DNA of 64,000 nucleotides from an uncultured bacterium (GCA_963726455.1 CAVSCK010000004.1:1184001-1248000); one strand, 5' to 3'. Positions 39,516-51,344 are shown, counted from the stretch's first letter. Notes: a model not told the origin generated them from the sequence alone. Numbers and translations are program-made.

Positions 39516-42101
39516 ATGCACCGATTGATATTGATCGCAACTATTCTGCTGGTTTCTATGTCGGTTTCGACCGCCACCACGATTCATGTTCCCGCCGAAC
39601 AACCTACGATCCAGGCGGGCATTGATGCAGCGTCGGACGGGGATACGGTGCTGGTGAGTAGTGGAAGCTACCCGGAGCATGTGGATTTTCATGGCAAGTC
39701 AATTTGCCTTGTGTCGAAGGAAGGTCCTTCTGAAACAGCACTCGGCTCGGTACACAGCGACGAAAGCGGGCTTTCAATCGTGATTGACGGATTCTCATTT
39801 CATGAAGACGATATCACGTACTACATCATAATCTGGTATTCATCCCGCGCCATCGTTAGAAATTGCGCATTCCTTGGGACACGCATTTATGGTGCTGTGG
39901 CTTCATCAAGTGTCACAGTTGTGAGCATTGAGCACTGCATTTTCGGCGGAATGATCTATTACCCTACTATCTGCGATGGTCCGGATTGTAGATTCGTAAA
40001 CAATACCGTTGTTGGTGAAGGTTACGGATTAAGAATGATGGGGCCAAACAACTCTATTGTTAACAATATAATCACTAACAGATACGAAAGAGCGTTCGAG
40101 TACCTGAATCCAACGACAGTCGTAGATTATAACGATTTCTGGAGCAATCTTACCGCCAGCGATCCCGGACCATACGGGATAACTACACCTCCCATGTTTG
40201 TTGACCCGCTTCATGGCGACTGCCGATTGTCCGATGCATCGCCTTGTGTCGATGCAGGGGATCCGAATCCTAAGTACAACGATCCGGACGGTACGAGAAG
40301 TGATATTGGGGCAAGATGGTTCGACAGTCATCGACCGTTGCCTCATGCCCAGGGCTTAATTCTGGCAGGCGAAAACTGCGAAAGAGTCGTAAGTCATTCG
40401 CCGCGATTCCAATGGAAATTCGTAGATCCTGGGCGACCGCAAACGGCCTACGAAATACAGGTGAGTTCTGACTACACTTGGCAGACTATTGACATGTGGT
40501 CACCTGGAATAACGACCGGAGACGACAGCCTGGCGCAGTACGGTGGATTGGAATTAGTCGATGGGGGTCGGTATTATGTGCGCGTGAGAGTCAAGGCTGA
40601 CGACATTTGGAGTGACTGGAGCCAGCTCTCCTTCTATATGAATAGCAGGACCAGCAGGCCTATTCCTTTATTCCCAACTTTCGGCCAAGTGCTGCCCGTC
40701 TGGATGATTCAATTGATAGTGCAGGATGGGTTAGATAAGGAGAATGATTACTGGACTTATGACTTCCAGATCTTCGCCGACGAGAATCTGGAAAACCGTG
40801 TTTTCGAATTAAACGACGTGCCAGAAACAGTTCCCCAAACAGGTACGGGGATTATTCCAGGCCTTCTGCCCGATACTAGGTACTGGTGGCGGGCAAGGTG
40901 CAGTGATTCATACGAAGAGTCAGCGTGGTCGTTCGTAAGTCCGTTCACCACTCGGCTAAACGCTACCGTTATAGTACCGATCGACCAAAGCACAATTCAA
41001 AAGGCCATCGATTACTGCACTAAAGGCGATACAATCGTTGTCCTTCCGGGCACGTATCAAGAGAATCTGAACATTAATGGCAAGAGCCTGATACTTAGGG
41101 CATCCGGTGTCCTAGGAGAGACGATTCTTGACGGCGGAGGAAACGACAACATACTGAGAATCCAATACGGCGATTCCAGCAGCCTCATTGAGGGATTCGT
41201 TTTCCAGAATGCCAAGAGGGCAATTCAAGGAGTCAATACTAGTGTGACTTTGAGAGGATGTGAATTCCGTAACCTTAGCGTATCGGAAGGCGACGAATTT
41301 GCCGTGGTGAATCTCCAGTCCAGGGGTGCCAATATTGTAGACAATTACTTTCACGATATAGTAGGCGGTGGTGTGATCGTGTACAACGCTAAAGAGATTT
41401 CTGGAAATAGATTCGAAAGAATCACGGGCTGCGCAATATTCTCTAACAATTTTGTACAGTTCTACCGGACTTTCATCCACGACAACGTAGTCACTGCTTG
41501 CAGCCAGGGGCCCGGCTTCCATGCCGCAATCGAGGTTTGTGCTGGAACGCCGATCATAACCAATAATACTATAATCGGCAATCGCGTCGGGGTTCTCACC
41601 CTCTGTGAGCCTGGCACAACGGTGCGCGGCAACATAATTGTCCAGAACACGGGGCACGGATTGCAGGGATATAGGATTGAATCTGACTACAATGACGTCT
41701 GGGGTAACGGAGGCGACGATCTTGAGGTTGTTCAAGCGGGCCCACACGACATTTCGGCTGATCCCCAATTCGTCGATGCAGCAAACGGAGATTTTCGGCT
41801 GTTGTGCACTTCCCCTTGCATTGATGCCGGCGACCCGGGTGCGGGCGGATTCATTGGCAAAGCCAGGGATATCGGGACATCCGAATTTAACTACAAGGTT
41901 GGCAATGCGGATGGAAGTGCTGACCAGGGAATCAACGTGAGCGACGTTATAGCGCTGGTGAATTTTGTGTTTGCCGGAGGCGAGCCGCCCTGCCCAGCTA
42001 ACGCGGGAGATGTTCAGTGCGACGGAACCCTAGACGTATCCGATGTCGTCTATCTTATCGCTTATATCTTCTCAAACGGTCCTGCCCCCTGCGGCAGTTA
42101 G
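39516..42101 (+). CDS. Secreted protein: two parallel beta-helix modules, Fn3-like domains, C-terminal dockerin-like domain
   Basis: Signal peptide, TIQ.ID....GDT..V..G.Y.E twice, SPC.DAGDP twice, and C-terminal GD..CDG.LDVSDVVYLIAYIF..GPAP. Confidence 0.85.
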   Translation: MHRLILIATILLVSMSVSTATTIHVPAEQPTIQAGIDAASDGDTVLVSSGSYPEHVDFHGKSICLVSKEGPSETALGSVHSDESGLSIVIDGFSFHEDDITYYIIIWYSSRAIVRNCAFLGTRIYGAVASSSVTVVSIEHCIFGGMIYYPTICDGPDCRFVNNTVVGEGYGLRMMGPNNSIVNNIITNRYERAFEYLNPTTVVDYNDFWSNLTASDPGPYGITTPPMFVDPLHGDCRLSDASPCVDAGDPNPKYNDPDGTRSDIGARWFDSHRPLPHAQGLILAGENCERVVSHSPRFQWKFVDPGRPQTAYEIQVSSDYTWQTIDMWSPGITTGDDSLAQYGGLELVDGGRYYVRVRVKADDIWSDWSQLSFYMNSRTSRPIPLFPTFGQVLPVWMIQLIVQDGLDKENDYWTYDFQIFADENLENRVFELNDVPETVPQTGTGIIPGLLPDTRYWWRARCSDSYEESAWSFVSPFTTRLNATVIVPIDQSTIQKAIDYCTKGDTIVVLPGTYQENLNINGKSLILRASGVLGETILDGGGNDNILRIQYGDSSSLIEGFVFQNAKRAIQGVNTSVTLRGCEFRNLSVSEGDEFAVVNLQSRGANIVDNYFHDIVGGGVIVYNAKEISGNRFERITGCAIFSNNFVQFYRTFIHDNVVTACSQGPGFHAAIEVCAGTPIITNNTIIGNRVGVLTLCEPGTTVRGNIIVQNTGHGLQGYRIESDYNDVWGNGGDDLEVVQAGPHDISADPQFVDAANGDFRLLCTSPCIDAGDPGAGGFIGKARDIGTSEFNYKVGNADGSADQGINVSDVIALVNFVFAGGEPPCPANAGDVQCDGTLDVSDVVYLIAYIFSNGPAPCGS

Positions 42102-42144
42102 TGAACTCTCGGCCAGGCAACACTGATCTATCATACTAGAAATG

Positions 42145-42176
42145 AAAAGCGCGAAGAGCAGATGACTCTTCGCGCT
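42145..42176 (-). terminator. Terminator between convergent dockerin-bearing genes
   Basis: 11-bp stem AGCGCGAAGAG/CTCTTCGCGCT with a U-run on the minus strand. Confidence 0.7.
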
Positions 42177-42205
42177 CGTCATTTCAAGAGCTTATCAAAC
42201 AGACG

Positions 42206-44407
42206 TCACTTGCAGCCGGGCGCTGGGCCGCCGCTGAAGATATAAGCAATCAGATATACCACGTCGGAAATGTCGATGAAGCCGCTGCAGTCGGCATCGC
42301 CGCGGGTGAGTGGGTTCGGCGCCGGGCCGCCCGAGAAAATGTAAGCGATCAGAAAGACGGCGTCCGAGATGTCCACGTGGCCATCATTGTTGGCATCACC
42401 GATCTGCACGCCAATGACATGAATGAAGTCGCGAGTCTGGGTGAGCGGTGATGCGGCGGCGTCGGCAACTTGTAGCGTGTAATAGTAGGTGGAGGCATAA
42501 GTGGGCGTGCCGGTGACGGTTCCTTCCGAGTTCAAATTCAGTCCGTAAGGTATATCACCGCCGATCTGAGACCAGGTGTAAGGCGGCGTTCCGCCGACGG
42601 CTTCCAATTGCCAGTTGTAAGGCGTGCCGACCCTGCCCATGGGCGGCGCGAGACTCAGCATACGCATACCGAACGGAACGACCTCCACAGTGCGAAGAAT
42701 CCATTCCTGCGGATCGAAGAGTACATTCGTCACGGAATCGGCAAAGTGCAGCCGATAGAGCTGCTCTTTGCTGTCGTTCCAGATGACCGTGTCGACAGTT
42801 CCGGCGGTCGTCACAAATTGAGTGCGAATCGGCATCTTGAATGTCGTGGGCCCGGTCTGGGTCTGCCAGATGAAATAGTACAGATTGAAGCCGCCGCTCG
42901 TGTCGGGCTGGCAGTGCCAGGAGATTCTATAATCAGGGTGGCCGTCGCCGTAAATCCATTCCTGGAAAAACCAGTTCATGTCGGCGCCGACGCGTGATGA
43001 AACGAAGGCCGAGAATTCCTCGGTAGTAAGGGATTTGTATTTGTACGGTGAATCGGTGTACTCGCGCATGACACGGAAGAAGGTGGTATCGCCCAACACA
43101 CCTCGCAATTGGTGCACGACCCATGAGCCCTTGTCATAAGTCAGATTCGGGTCGAAGATGTCGTCGGTCTGGAGGTTCTCGACATAGACCGTGCCGGGAC
43201 CGAGATACTTCTGGGTCAGCATCCAACTAAGGTAGGCCGATGCCGAACCGTAATAGGACTCGAAGAAGATCGCTTCGGAGTAAGACGCAAAACCTTCTTT
43301 GAGCCAAATATGATTGAAGGTGCTGGCGGAAAGCATGTCGCCAAACCACTGATGGCCGTTTTCGTGGGCGATTACCCAATCGTCATAGAAAGTCGGGAGA
43401 TAGAAGACGCAGGTCTGGTGTTCCATGGCGCCGCCCCAACCGAAGTTGGCGCTGCCGTCTTTTTCGGTGATAAAAGGATATCGTCCCAAACTTGTTGCTG
43501 AGATGCGTGAGCACTTCGGGCACCCAGGTTTCGTACGCCAACTTGCTGGCCCCGGCATTGGGCAGAGTGTAAGTTACCAAGGGCATCGCGTAGCCGTCGT
43601 AATTCCAAATCCGTTCGTCATAGACAAAATCGGAACAGACGAGGCAGACCAGGTAGGTGGCAATCGGATAGTTGTGCTTGTAGTGAATCAGGTTTCGGCC
43701 GCCGCCAAGATTGACGTTGTCAACGACGACACCGTTGGAAGCGACCTTGTAAACGGACGGGTAGTCAATGACGATATCGACCGAGTCCGGTTTATCCAGC
43801 GGGTAGTCTTTGCAGGGCCACCAGTAGCGCGCCCCGAACGGCGAACACATGGTGTAGCATATAGGATAACCCGAGGCGTATTCAAAAAACATCCCGCGCC
43901 CGTCAGCATCGGTATACGGAGTGCCGTGGTAATACACTGACATGTCGAACTCGTCTCCAGAAGCGTAGGGCTGGGGAGTCGTGATAGATAACAGATGATT
44001 CAAGTGGGTGAATGTTGCGGTAGTACCGGCGAAGCGCACGGAATCAACAACGAGCTGATTGTGAAGATTGAGGTCGACGGCAGCCAGTGCGGCGACGCTA
44101 GAGCGAATCTTATAGTCGACATGTCCCTGGATGTTGAGGTGACGAAATCCAGTTTGATGTTGAGGCCGTAGTAGCGGACATCGAAGTCGGCCTGGTTGCC
44201 GTCGATCGGCAGTTTACGGTCAGCCAGTATCTCTCGGATTTGATTCTGATAGCCGGCGGCCTCAGCACGATAAAAGGCGTGTTGGGCATCCTGCAATTCC
44301 CGGATGTCGGCGGGACTCAGGTTGTTGTAGTTATAGGTCTTCTGCTGGCCGTAGGCGACGGCACAGACCAGAAGCACTGCTAGCAGCATTAGCAAACGGC
44401 GTGGCAT
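42206..44407 (-). pseudogene. Secreted M1 aminopeptidase with Ig and dockerin-like domain, split by 2 frameshifts
   Basis: Three overlapping ORFs join into one protein (signal peptide, GAMEH, HENGH..W..EGFA, YDKG). Shifts near 44135 and 43485. May be a sequencing error. Confidence 0.8.
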
Positions 44408-44526
44408 GTTACCTCCACTATATGGGTATGTCGGCGAGTAATCAGATTGTTCGTTGAGTTATAGATACATCATTTGAGGCGAATTGTCAAGGATTCAGCG
44501 ATGTATTGAGCGGTGGCAAATACGAA

Positions 44527-44549
44527 GGGCGGACACGTAAGGTCCGCCC
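44527..44549. repeat. REP-like palindrome
   Basis: GGGCGGAC-acgtaag-GTCCGCCC. Confidence 0.5.
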
Positions 44550-44596
44550 GTCTTATTCAAACGCCCACAAGGGGCTGGACTACAATGATGCACCCA

Positions 44597-45814
44597 TCAC
44601 ATGCGGAAAAGAACCTCTTCGCGTTCGAACCACCTCTTGGCGAAATAAAGCGCCAACGCCGCAACCGCAAACAGCGAGACGAAGGCAGTTAATACATATT
44701 GCCATTCGACTGTGCCTGAAATCGCATCCTTTATGATAAGTGAAGTGTTTACGATCGGTATCATCGCCATCTGGTAATTGAGTTTCACACCGGGGACAAG
44801 CGCAACAAACGCCGGCAACACCAGGAAGATATTGAGGAAGCCGACATAGCCCTGTGCTTCTTTGGCGGATTTGGCGAATATCGACAGCGAGAGCAGAATC
44901 GCCGCAAAGATGCCGGCCAACGGAATGACGATAGCAAAGATCAGAACGACTGTTTGGAGATCGATCTGAATTGCCGTCATTTCCGCCATTCTTCGCATCG
45001 TCGGGTCACTTGAAATGTACTTGAAGAAAAGGGTCATGGATGCAAGTGACAACAAGCCGGCCGTCACCGACGTTAGAACCACAACCGCATATTTGCCCAA
45101 TATGAATTCGCCCCGAGTCGCAGGTGCCACCATCAGGGTCTCTATCGTGCCGCGCTCTTTTTCGCCCGCGCCGAGATCGATGGCGGGCGACATCGCACCC
45201 AGGAAGCAGGTGAGAATCAGGAAATATGGAATGAGTCCGCCGAGAGTCCTTCCCGCGTATTTCTGTGCCGTGGCAACGCTATAGTCCTGAATCGCGAATG
45301 GTTTGAGAACGTCTTCGGGAATCTGACGCCCCAGCACGCGCGTCTTCACGACACGGTTACGGTAACGGGACAATACGTCTCTGAGCTTGTCGTAGGCGAC
45401 AGCCGACTTCTCTTCTGCTTTATCATAGTAAATCTCGATGTCAGTCGGCGATTCGAGCTCGATAGCTTTGGCGAAGTTGTCCGGTACGATCACAAGTGCC
45501 TGAAACGACCCCAGCTTGAGTTCGTCCATTGGTTTCTTGTCAACGAAGTCGGCTTCGGATTTGATGAGAAAAGTGGTGTCAGTCGTCAGCGAGTCCCGCA
45601 AGTCTTGAGGAAGCTGGGCAATATTCTGGATGACTATGTCCGAGCGCGCAGCTTGAATCTTTTCGGCAGCGCCCATCTGGACTTTGAAGATGATCATCAT
45701 CAGGAGCGGGATGGTTATAATCGGCACCAAGAACGCAAAAATCATGGTACGGCGATCGCGAACCGTGTCCTTGAATTCCTTCTGGAAGATTGTTCCTATG
45801 TTCTTCAGTTTCAT
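44597..45814 (-). CDS. natB: ABC transporter permease, NatB-like Na+ efflux
   Basis: KE..D..RDRRT, AGEKERGTIETL and AKS.KEAQ motifs. Confidence 0.85.
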   Translation of the reverse strand: MKLKNIGTIFQKEFKDTVRDRRTMIFAFLVPIITIPLLMMIIFKVQMGAAEKIQAARSDIVIQNIAQLPQDLRDSLTTDTTFLIKSEADFVDKKPMDELKLGSFQALVIVPDNFAKAIELESPTDIEIYYDKAEEKSAVAYDKLRDVLSRYRNRVVKTRVLGRQIPEDVLKPFAIQDYSVATAQKYAGRTLGGLIPYFLILTCFLGAMSPAIDLGAGEKERGTIETLMVAPATRGEFILGKYAVVVLTSVTAGLLSLASMTLFFKYISSDPTMRRMAEMTAIQIDLQTVVLIFAIVIPLAGIFAAILLSLSIFAKSAKEAQGYVGFLNIFLVLPAFVALVPGVKLNYQMAMIPIVNTSLIIKDAISGTVEWQYVLTAFVSLFAVAALALYFAKRWFEREEVLFRM

Positions 45815-45817
45815 CGC

Positions 45818-46550
45818 TCACTCTCCCACGATCTTGATGAAGGCGTCCTCGAGGTTGTTCTGACCGGTCGCCTGCAGGAGGTCGTTGCCCGTGCCTTCCT
45901 GGTAAATTCTGCCGTTATGAATAATCGCCATCCGATCGCAAAGACGCATCGCCTCGGACATGATGTGGGTCGAGAAGATCACGCACTTGCCGTCGTCGCG
46001 GCAGCGTTTGATGAAGTCGACGATCGTGCGCGAGCTCATGACATCGAGACCAGAGGTCGGCTCATCGAACACCATCACTGGCGGGTCATGAAGCACCGAG
46101 CGGACGATGGAGACTTTCTGCTTCATGCCGGTCGACAGCTTTTCGTTGCGCGAATCGGCAAAGTCCTTCATATCCAGCAGGGCAAAAAGCTCGTCCGTCC
46201 GGCGACGAATCAGCTCGCTTGTCCATGCCGTAGAGACTGCCGAAATAAGCGACCATTTCCCTCGCCGTAAGGCGACCATAGAGGCCGGTGTTGCCGGAGA
46301 GAAATCCGATCTGGGAACGGACTTTTTGGGGGTCGGCCGCAACGTCGGTGCCGTTGATTATGGCCGTGCCGGAAGTCGGTTTAAGGGCGGTTGACAGTAT
46401 GCGAAGGGTGGTTGTCTTGCCGGCGCCATTGGGGCCGAGGAGTCCGTAGACTTCCCCTGCCTTGCAGGAGAACGAAACGTTGTCTACGGCCTTGACGATA
46501 CCGCGCTTCTTGTCCTTGAAATTCTTGCAGAGTTGCCTTGCTTCGATCAT
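45818..46550 (-). pseudogene. natA: ABC ATP-binding protein NatA, one frameshift near 46215
   Basis: Walker [10 protein letters not shown] is in one frame. [13 protein letters not shown] and STH are in another. Confidence 0.85.
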
Positions 46551-46823
46551 CAGGAATCTCGCGTTAGGGTTGGTTACGACACTAAATGGTAGTAGTATAC
46601 CGGTACCACCCCGGAAATGTTACAAAAAACACGCTGGCGCGCCGACATTCGCGGCGAGGGCGGCTGGATGCCCATTGATGCTTCGTTTTTCTGCCAGAAG
46701 AGTCCGCTCAGGATTCGTACAATTATTAAGGTAGCCGACGGCTTCCGCTCTCCTTGTGACTTGCATCTGGAACTTATCTGCCGCCGGGGTGGTTTATTGA
46801 AATATGTCGTAAGGAGTATTGAT

Positions 46824-47498
46824 ATGCAGAATCACAAAGGAAATGCAGCATTGATCGCGCTGCTCGCAGCATTGTATTATCTTGCGTCGGCCAGTGCTGT
46901 CTTCGCCACAATCCACAGGATCGACGTCGGCAATTTCTCATTTACGCCGGCAAAGACCCATGTACAACCGGGTGACACCGTCAGATGGCTCTGGGCCAAC
47001 GGTACCCACACCAGCACTACGGATCCCAGTTCGCCCAAACAATGGAGCTCGCCGGTCCTGTCGCTGACCAATCAATCTTTTCAGGTTGTATTCTCAGCCG
47101 GTGACGGCCCCGGACCATTCCCCTACCATTGCATCTACCATGAAGTGCTTTACAACATGAAGGATACAATCTTTATGACAGCATCGGGCGTCGAGGTTGA
47201 TCCCGAGGGTACCCTGCCGGGAGATTTTTCGGTCGAGCAGAATTATCCGAATCCGTTCAATCCCTCGACCACTATTAAGTTCACTTTACCGCGGCCTTCG
47301 GAAGTAGTACTCAGTGTGATCAACGTTGAGGGCGAGACCGTGTCACAACATCCGCTCGGCATGTTACAGGCGGGCTCGTATTCGGTCCAGTGGGACGGCA
47401 GAAACTCAGCCGGCGAGATGTTACAGTCGGGGGTCTATTTCTACCGAGTCAAGGCCGGAGAATTTGTCGAAACGCGAAAGATGGTGCTGCTGAAATAA
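46824..47498 (+). CDS. Secreted type-1 blue-copper (plastocyanin-like) protein with FlgD/T9SS-like C-terminal domain
   Basis: RBS AAGGAG, signal peptide, GDTV.W...H, YHC..H.....M copper ligands, then QNYPNPFNP.T...WDG...SGVYFY...KMVLLK. Confidence 0.88.
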   Translation: MQNHKGNAALIALLAALYYLASASAVFATIHRIDVGNFSFTPAKTHVQPGDTVRWLWANGTHTSTTDPSSPKQWSSPVLSLTNQSFQVVFSAGDGPGPFPYHCIYHEVLYNMKDTIFMTASGVEVDPEGTLPGDFSVEQNYPNPFNPSTTIKFTLPRPSEVVLSVINVEGETVSQHPLGMLQAGSYSVQWDGRNSAGEMLQSGVYFYRVKAGEFVETRKMVLLK

Positions 47499-47528
47499 TT
47501 CCCGCCAGGCCGCACAGGTTTCTGGTTT

Positions 47529-49841
47529 CTATTGTTTCCTGTCGACGCAGAGAACCGACTTGTAAGGGTTGAAATAGAAAGTCGTCGGTTTGTACGGCAC
47601 CTTCGGCAAGGTGATATGTTTCGTCGTCTGGTCGATATCGAGACGGACGGTTGAATGATAGTCGCCTTCCATAATGACTGTGAACGGAACCAACATCCTG
47701 AACTCGGGACCAACCCCTTCCGTAATCACATCGATGCTAATCAAATAACCACCATCCGGTTCCTGCGTCACGTTGGTTGACCACTTGTAGGTCGGAATCT
47801 GGGTTGTGTAAATCCACTCGTTGAAGAACCAATCCAGTTTCGAGCCATAATGCTTTTCGGCCACGCGGATAAAGTCGGGCGTCGAGGCCTCCTGCCAACT
47901 GTACTGCTGCAGGTAGTCCTTGAGCATGGCGTTAAATTTGGAATCGTCGCGCTTGGCGAAATCAAACATCATCATCCGCAACATATAGAGGACGTAGGCG
48001 CCCTTACTGTACACGAGCGTTGTGTAGTCGGCGGAGTGTGACGAAGCCAACCGCACGCCCATCCAAATCGGCCCGGCGGCGTTGCCTTCCTGATAGGCGA
48101 TTGGATTGCCCCAAATATCATGCCCGCCCGATTGCAGAACATCTTCGCGCCAGCGGTCCATCAATTCCATGAACTTGCCGCGATATTTCTGGTCATTCAG
48201 GTATTTGCGCTGCACATACCACGAGCCCATGTATTCGGCGAAGCCCTCGGAGAGCCACTGATCGTGATAGCTTTGCCACCCCACCAGGTGTCCCCACCAT
48301 TGGTGGGCGACCTCATGGGCGCGAAAGGCATCATCGTACGGGATTAGTTGAGACTCGAAAGTGTTCCAGGCCAGATGCAGGAATCCGGGCATGCCCTGAC
48401 CATGGGCATCGGGAATTTCCGTGGCGAGCAATTTGGGAAAAGGATAGTGCGTCAACTCCATTGAGAACAAGGTTGCCGACTGGCTGATGTCGAGGAGTAC
48501 GTTCTCCAGCATACCGGCGGAGCTGGCGAGATGGTCTTTGCTGCGATAGACCTGAATCGGAATGCTGTCGGCGGTAGTAGTGCTGTCGCACTTGAAGTCG
48601 CCATAGTTGTAGGAGATTGCTGCCACCGGGAAATCGGAAATGTCCCATTCAGTGATGCGGAAGCCATCTTCGATCTCTATCTGATAGCTTTTTGCCGACT
48701 GAAAGGAAACGTATTCTGCTCGGGACAGGCGAATTTCAATTTGAATTTGCAGCGCTTTAAGTAACCGTAGTTCGGGTACCACTTGGTCGAACTGACGAGC
48801 AAATTGGTTCCCCAGGGACTTTTCCAGAGCATTCCCTTGGAGCTATAGACGAAAGTGAGAGTCCCGCGCTCGCCTTTGGCAAGAGATTTGGCGAGGTAAA
48901 CGGTGATTCCGCCCTCTTTCTTCAGCTTCTGAAAAAAGAGCGAGTCTCCGGCGCCATCGGTGATCTTGATAGTCTCCAACATCAGGTCGGGAAAGATCGA
49001 AAAACGAATTACCTGCAGGTTATCGACTTTGGAGATGAACGACAGCTTAATGTCGAGATCGGATTTGGCGGACTGCCAGATTTTGCCGTTGATATCGTAT
49101 TCGAGACTGTCGATTACGTCCTTGTTTTCGTGGTCTGGCCCCCACTGAGACTGTTGATATTGGTCGGGAGAATGGAAGCTGGAGATGCATTCAGGAAAGG
49201 CATCAGACGCAGTTGTCGAATGCTTGTAGAGACTGACCTCCTCGACTTCCTTGGGGTCATACATAAAGACGACATTACCGCAGGGTGCTTTGAAACGTGC
49301 GCGGAAACTGCCGGGTTGATCCTTCTGCAAGAGCTCGGACAGAATCTGGGCGGAGAAGGTTTCCAGGAATTCATCCTGAACGTAGTTGATGAAACCGGCA
49401 AGCGCTGTCTGCTGGGACCCGGCTTCCTTGACAGCTCTGAAATGAGCACTGCTGCTGCAATTCGGAGATGAAACTATCGGTCGCAAAGAAGGCAACTTCT
49501 TTCACGTCCCAGGCCGCAACGGAATCTTTGCAGAGTTTCGCGAACATATATTTTTCGGCTGAATTGGGAGGCGTCATTTCGAACCGGCCCTTGCCGCTGA
49601 AGACGGCGGCAATCACACGACCAGACACCGGTTGGGCAAAGGTAATCGTGCCGCTCTGGAGCGTAAACTTTGCCCCTCCGCGTTCGATGACAAGGTTCTT
49701 GACTTCTGCCTGTTTGGTGAGATCGATCTTGATGTTGTCGATACTGTCGGCGACGGCGGGTAGGTCAGTCGAGTAACCAAATGCGGTTGAGACAAGCAGC
49801 AGCGAGGCAGCCGCTGCCCAGCAATGGCGCAGCAGATTCAT
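47529..49841 (-). pseudogene. Secreted M1-family (gluzincin) aminopeptidase, split by frameshifts
   Basis: HEVAHQWWG...WLSEGFAEY and YSKG motifs. Three ORFs join with shifts near 49440 and 48680-48710. Confidence 0.8.
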
Positions 49842-49920
49842 GAAGCTCTCCCTATTCTTGATCCTGCAAGGCTAAATGTCGACTACAGCCATCAGTCGAC
49901 CGGAATCGGCAATGTGTTCT

Positions 49921-50256
49921 TTACTTGTCCTTGAGGGCAGCGTCCACGGAATCGTAGACGTTGAACACCTCAGTGAGACGCGAAATCACCATAATGCGTT
50001 CGATCTTGTCGGTCAGATTGGCGAGTTTCAGCTCGCCGCCGGCATCACGAAACTTCTTATAATGGTGGATCAGAATCGACAACCCGGAAGAGTTGATCCA
50101 CTCACAACCGGAGAGGTCTACGACGGCGACTTTGGTGCCCTTGCCTAGGAGTGAGTACAGTTTCTCGTCAAGTTCGCCGGTATCGGGACCACCCATCATT
50201 TTCCCCTGTATGGTGATTATCGCAGCGCCGCTTTTTTCCGAGACATTTACTTTCAT
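49921..50256 (-). CDS. STAS-domain anti-sigma factor antagonist
   Basis: VVDLS.C.WINSSGL and GG.LKL motifs. RBS GGAGG. Confidence 0.92.
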   Translation of the reverse strand: MKVNVSEKSGAAIITIQGKMMGGPDTGELDEKLYSLLGKGTKVAVVDLSGCEWINSSGLSILIHHYKKFRDAGGELKLANLTDKIERIMVISRLTEVFNVYDSVDAALKDK

Positions 50257-50639
50257 TCGTCCTCCGATTTTGTGGCCAGTGTTGCTAAGGCCGTTTCCTT
50301 TGCCAAAGATACGAAACGATCCCCGCAAATAAAACCACTAAGTTTCCGAATTTTAGAATTGAAGAACGAGGCAAAACATAAATCAAACAGAATCCTCACA
50401 ATGAGTTGGACTGCTCGCCGGTACAACACGGCGCCCGCAAACTGAGTGTGGTTTCAGGTTGGAACGAGTGCGTTAGCCGCTAACATTGAAGGTGATGAGA
50501 GCTGCAAACTTGACCGATAGTTTCCAGTATGTGTCGCCTCGAACGCATGCAGAGTCCGGGTGCGACGGGAAACGAATTTGCAGCGTCAAGGGAGCTAGTC
50601 ATCGATACTACGTTGATACAATCCGGATCGAACCAGACG

Positions 50640-51344
50640 ATGCACAGCGAAGATCAGGAAAGTCTCGTACTGTTTCTGATTCATGATCTGGAAGGTCCAC
50701 TGGCCGCGATGCAGACGATGTTGCGGCTCCTGGATGGCAGGCGCTTTGACCCAGCGTCCAAGCTTCACGCTCAATTGCTGCAGTCGACCCATGCGGCAAT
50801 GGACCGCGCCAGACTCATTGTGAGTGATCTGCTTAGCGTGAGCAAACTCGAGCAGGACTCACTCGTGATCGCGTGGGAGGAATTCCCGCTGACGGAAACT
50901 GTAAACGAAAGTGTCAAGCTGGCACTCGCGGCATCGACCGATCAGGACGTAACGGTACAGGTGACTCCATTCGATCAGGAGCTGATCGCGCGGGCTGACC
51001 GCAAACTGTTGTCGCGTGTGATTGACAACGTGCTCTTCAATGCTGTCCGGCATGCGGACCCTGGTTCTCGCGTCCGATTATCAGTGGAAGATGGAGTGGA
51101 GCAGATCATTATACGGGTCACGAATAGCGGCGAAGGGCTTGGCGCCCTCGACCCTAATGAACTGTTCGAAAAATTCAAGCAGGTTAGGCACCGTCGCAAT
51201 TCCAACCATCGGGGCGTCGGATTGGGCCTATACTTCTGCAAGCTGGCAGTGACAGCAATGCAAGGTGAAATCAAAGCTTTCAACACTGATGCCGGAGAAA
51301 CATGCTTCTCGATATCGGTGCTAAAGGGAGGATACGCGCAATGA
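50640..51344 (+). CDS. Histidine kinase (HisKA plus HATPase only)
   Basis: HDLEGPL H-box, NVLFNAVRHA N-box, N.GEG, F.KF and GVGLGL. Confidence 0.88.
   Translation: MHSEDQESLVLFLIHDLEGPLAAMQTMLRLLDGRRFDPASKLHAQLLQSTHAAMDRARLIVSDLLSVSKLEQDSLVIAWEEFPLTETVNESVKLALAASTDQDVTVQVTPFDQELIARADRKLLSRVIDNVLFNAVRHADPGSRVRLSVEDGVEQIIIRVTNSGEGLGALDPNELFEKFKQVRHRRNSNHRGVGLGLYFCKLAVTAMQGEIKAFNTDAGETCFSISVLKGGYAQ

Noticed and set aside
42206-49841. Programmed frameshifting or phase variation
   Set aside because: No long slippery or repeat tracts at the junctions. Clustering across unrelated genes points to sequence error.
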